This document shows, piece by piece, positions 61,780 to 64,000 of a stretch of DNA of 64,000 nt. Within the stretch, counting starts at the first letter, position 1, and every line of letters starts with the position of its first letter. The stretch covers positions 256,001 through 320,000 of the forward strand of contig CAWHAE010000009.1 in the NCBI GenBank assembly GCA_963827235.1, given 5' to 3'. The position numbers and the translations under genes are program-made. Below the pieces are notes generated by a model, which worked only from the letters and a program-made list of their open reading frames with translations, was not told the DNA's origin and did no database searches. The DNA is from an uncultured bacterium. Lineage in GTDB: Bacteria; Chloroflexota; UBA5177; JANWHV01.

Positions 61780-62334
61780 CTAAGGCAAAGGCGTCGGTGC
61801 AGTAATGGCTGTCGGCGTGATCACGAGCACCCGTGTAGGACCCGGCTCGGCGGGCGCAGGCAGCTGGGTCACCACGACCAGTAGCGCCAGCAACGCCGCG
61901 AAACTAGCCACCAAGAAGCCATGCGCCAGGTGTAGGAAGCATAGTTTCTCGCCCACGGTCTCGGTGTAGGTCCGTCGCAGCGCCAGCCAAGCATTAGCAT
62001 CGAGATCGTTCGTATTGGAGTCCTTGCGGACACGCGGCAGAAAAGTCAGCGTGGCGAAGAACTGGCTGGTCAGCCACAGCGCCACCGGCAGGAAGAACAT
62101 CAGCAGCCACATGTGGGTGACCTGCTTGCGCAGATCACTGAAGGCGAAGACGGCCAGGTAAAACCCCTGCAAGGTGCCCGTGAGGGTAATCAGTTGTTTG
62201 GCCGCATCCTCGACCCTGCCTAGCTCCTGCAGCGGGGCTTCCGTGGCGATCGCGCGCCACCGCTCTGCGGCCGCTTCAGCTCTGTTTTGCTCTCCTGCAT
62301 TTGGCTCCTGGCCGGAAAACTCAGGCGATGACAT
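61780..62334 (-). CDS. 3-TM membrane protein, candidate effector
   Basis: EDAAKQLITLTGTLQGFYLAVFAF / LLMFFLPVALWLTSQFFATLTFLPR / K..FLHLAHGFLVASFAALLALLVVV; starts 1 nt after the upstream stop. Confidence 0.8.
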   Translation of the reverse strand: MSSPEFSGQEPNAGEQNRAEAAAERWRAIATEAPLQELGRVEDAAKQLITLTGTLQGFYLAVFAFSDLRKQVTHMWLLMFFLPVALWLTSQFFATLTFLPRVRKDSNTNDLDANAWLALRRTYTETVGEKLCFLHLAHGFLVASFAALLALLVVVTQLPAPAEPGPTRVLVITPTAITAPTPLP

Positions 62335-62335
62335 A

Positions 62336-62581
62336 TCAGGCTTGATTTCCCTGCACCACCGGCAGGCCGTTGCTGTAACCCAACACGCCGTCGCCGAGTA
62401 CCGGGTTGCTGACATCCCAGGTATCAGGCAGGTCAACCATATTCAGCCGGTTGCAGGTGCCGCAGTAGAATGGCTTTCGCTTCGTGCTGACCACCGCGAC
62501 CACCTTCTCCGGCACGGATACCTCCGTCTCTGTCTCCGCCGAGCAATGATAGCAGCGGATCACGATCTTCATCTGGGCCAT
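62336..62581 (-). CDS. Small zinc-ribbon protein (CxxC...CxxC)
   Basis: GGAGG RBS; IRCYHC...FYCGTC; 81 aa. Confidence 0.8.
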   Translation of the reverse strand: MAQMKIVIRCYHCSAETETEVSVPEKVVAVVSTKRKPFYCGTCNRLNMVDLPDTWDVSNPVLGDGVLGYSNGLPVVQGNQA

Positions 62582-62881
62582 AGTGCGATCCTCCCACGCT
62601 GTCGCCTGCACAATCGAAATATGCTCGCCACCCTGGTGCTACCTCGTTCCCTCAGCCTACGCTCTCCCGCCCTTCGCCGCTACCCGCTCGCCGGCCACGG
62701 GCGTTCATGCGCGACACGAGAAACTGCTCTCCGTGGCCAAGGCCGTCCATGATTTCGGCTTGACTGATCGGCGCCCGACGTGTCGGCACCTAGCGGCGAC
62801 CGCGATCCGTGCGCCCGGGCCGACTGCCCTGGACTGGAGGACCGGAGGGGACACACTGCCAGACAGGCGGATCTCGCTACA

Positions 62882-63020
62882 CTACCCGAGGCTCCCGAGG
62901 ATCTTGCTCTTTGCCTCTTGAAACTCACTCTCGGTTACCACGCCATCCCGGACAAGGTTGGCAAGTTCTCTGAGCTGTGCCATGCGGCTCGGTGCCGCCA
63001 CCACCTGCCGTATGCGCTCG
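62882..63020 (-). pseudogene. SHOCT-domain C-terminal remnant
   Basis: MAQLRELANLVRDGVVTESEFQEAKSKIL. Confidence 0.65.
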
Positions 63021-64000
63021 CTACCGGCGACCGGCGGCACGGATCCGGCCGCTCTGCATCGTTGGCTGGCCTTCACTCCCGGTGCCGCGCGGGTATGGGA
63101 TGTCGGCAGCGAGGATGCCGCGTTGGCGGAGGAGAGCAGCCAGCTGCGAATAGCTGATGCCGTGCTCGAGCGCAATCGTGGATGCATAGCTGGCACCCTG
63201 CGGCACACCTGGCCGGATACGGAACGTCCGACGCTCGCACTCTTCTGCACCGTCCAGTACGACCTCTGCAAGCAGGCCACCCACGCGGGAATCCCCCGGT
63301 GTCTGCGCATTGATCTCATCGACCCGAGCCGCGAGCTCGTGCAGGTGCGTCACGTAGATGGCCCGTGCCCCGAGCATCCGCAAACCGCGGACCACATCAC
63401 AGGCCAGGGCCAGGCCTTCGGTCGCGCTGGTCCCGGCGAGCACTTCGTTCAGCACGATCAGGCTGTTCGGACTCGCTTGGTGGAAGATCGCGGCGAGCCG
63501 TGCCGCCTCCTCGTCCAGCCGCCCCATGCCGGGCTGGGCTCGCTCTGGTGTCGGGAAATGGGTGTAGATGCCATCGACGGGACTCAGCCGTGCGGCACGC
63601 GCCGGAACATACAACCCGGCCTGAAACAGCACCTGGGCCACGGCCACACTGCGCGCATAGACCGTCTTGCCTCCCCGATTGGGACCGGTCAGAATCCAGA
63701 CTCGTCCCTGCGTGGCATCAAAGAGCACGGGATTGGTCACGAGCTCGTCCGTCACCGGGCGAGCGGCGGCACCATCAAGCATGCGGAGGGCGAGCGTGAG
63801 ATTGTAGCTCTCGTCGAGGGTACAGACTCGCTGGTCGATGGAGGCACACTCTGGTCGGCACAGGGGCAGCCCCACCGCGCGTAGCTGGCCAAACAGAGCG
63901 GCGCTGTGGAGCAGGAAGGCCAGCTCGGGTTCGATGGCGCAGAACGTCCGGGTCTGTACGCTCAGGTAGCGGTCGAGCGCCTTGCGCACCGGATCCGTCA
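63021..64000 (-). CDS. MutS domain V-type ATPase (5' part outside window)
   Basis: ILTGPNRGGKT, Q.GLYVPA, IYTHFP, GRLDEEA.RL, IVLNE...TS..EG, YVTHLHEL, SYA. Confidence 0.9.
   Translation of the reverse strand, partial: TDPVRKALDRYLSVQTRTFCAIEPELAFLLHSAALFGQLRAVGLPLCRPECASIDQRVCTLDESYNLTLALRMLDGAAARPVTDELVTNPVLFDATQGRVWILTGPNRGGKTVYARSVAVAQVLFQAGLYVPARAARLSPVDGIYTHFPTPERAQPGMGRLDEEAARLAAIFHQASPNSLIVLNEVLAGTSATEGLALACDVVRGLRMLGARAIYVTHLHELAARVDEINAQTPGDSRVGGLLAEVVLDGAEECERRTFRIRPGVPQGASYASTIALEHGISYSQLAALLRQRGILAADIPYPRGTGSEGQPTMQSGRIRAAGRR

Noticed and set aside
61466-61783. Arg-rich ORF overlapping the CHAT gene stop, as a fifth system gene
   Set aside because: No recognisable motif or RBS and non-coding-like composition; cannot be supported.

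Overview
GC-rich bacterial DNA, probably Chloroflexota: this is an inference from the style of the NB-ARC-TPR and IS transposase sequences and from the Ala-rich secreted proteins. It is an accessory region with no rRNA, tRNA or CRISPR array that I can see. The left half (1-27 kb) is a patchwork of intact regulators, transporters and secreted proteins mixed with about 20 frameshifted, truncated or IS-derived gene remnants. The middle holds a HAF-like/solute-binding-protein fusion, a DUF1326-DUF2182 pair, a PknD-like kinase, an apparently soluble beta-propeller histidine kinase, a fluoride riboswitch controlling a cation:proton antiporter, and an MMPL-TetR pair. The most notable locus is 53.3-62.6 kb. 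A GH130 gene is followed by a 1656-aa NB-ARC/STAND + ~17 TPR + second P-loop ATPase protein with recently duplicated 126-bp repeats, then a CHAT (caspase-like) protease-ATPase with an intact His/Cys dyad. Facing them is a tightly coupled zinc-ribbon + 3-TM gene pair. Together these form a candidate NLR-caspase-membrane-effector conflict or defence system. All family calls come from motif recognition by eye; no database search was run.
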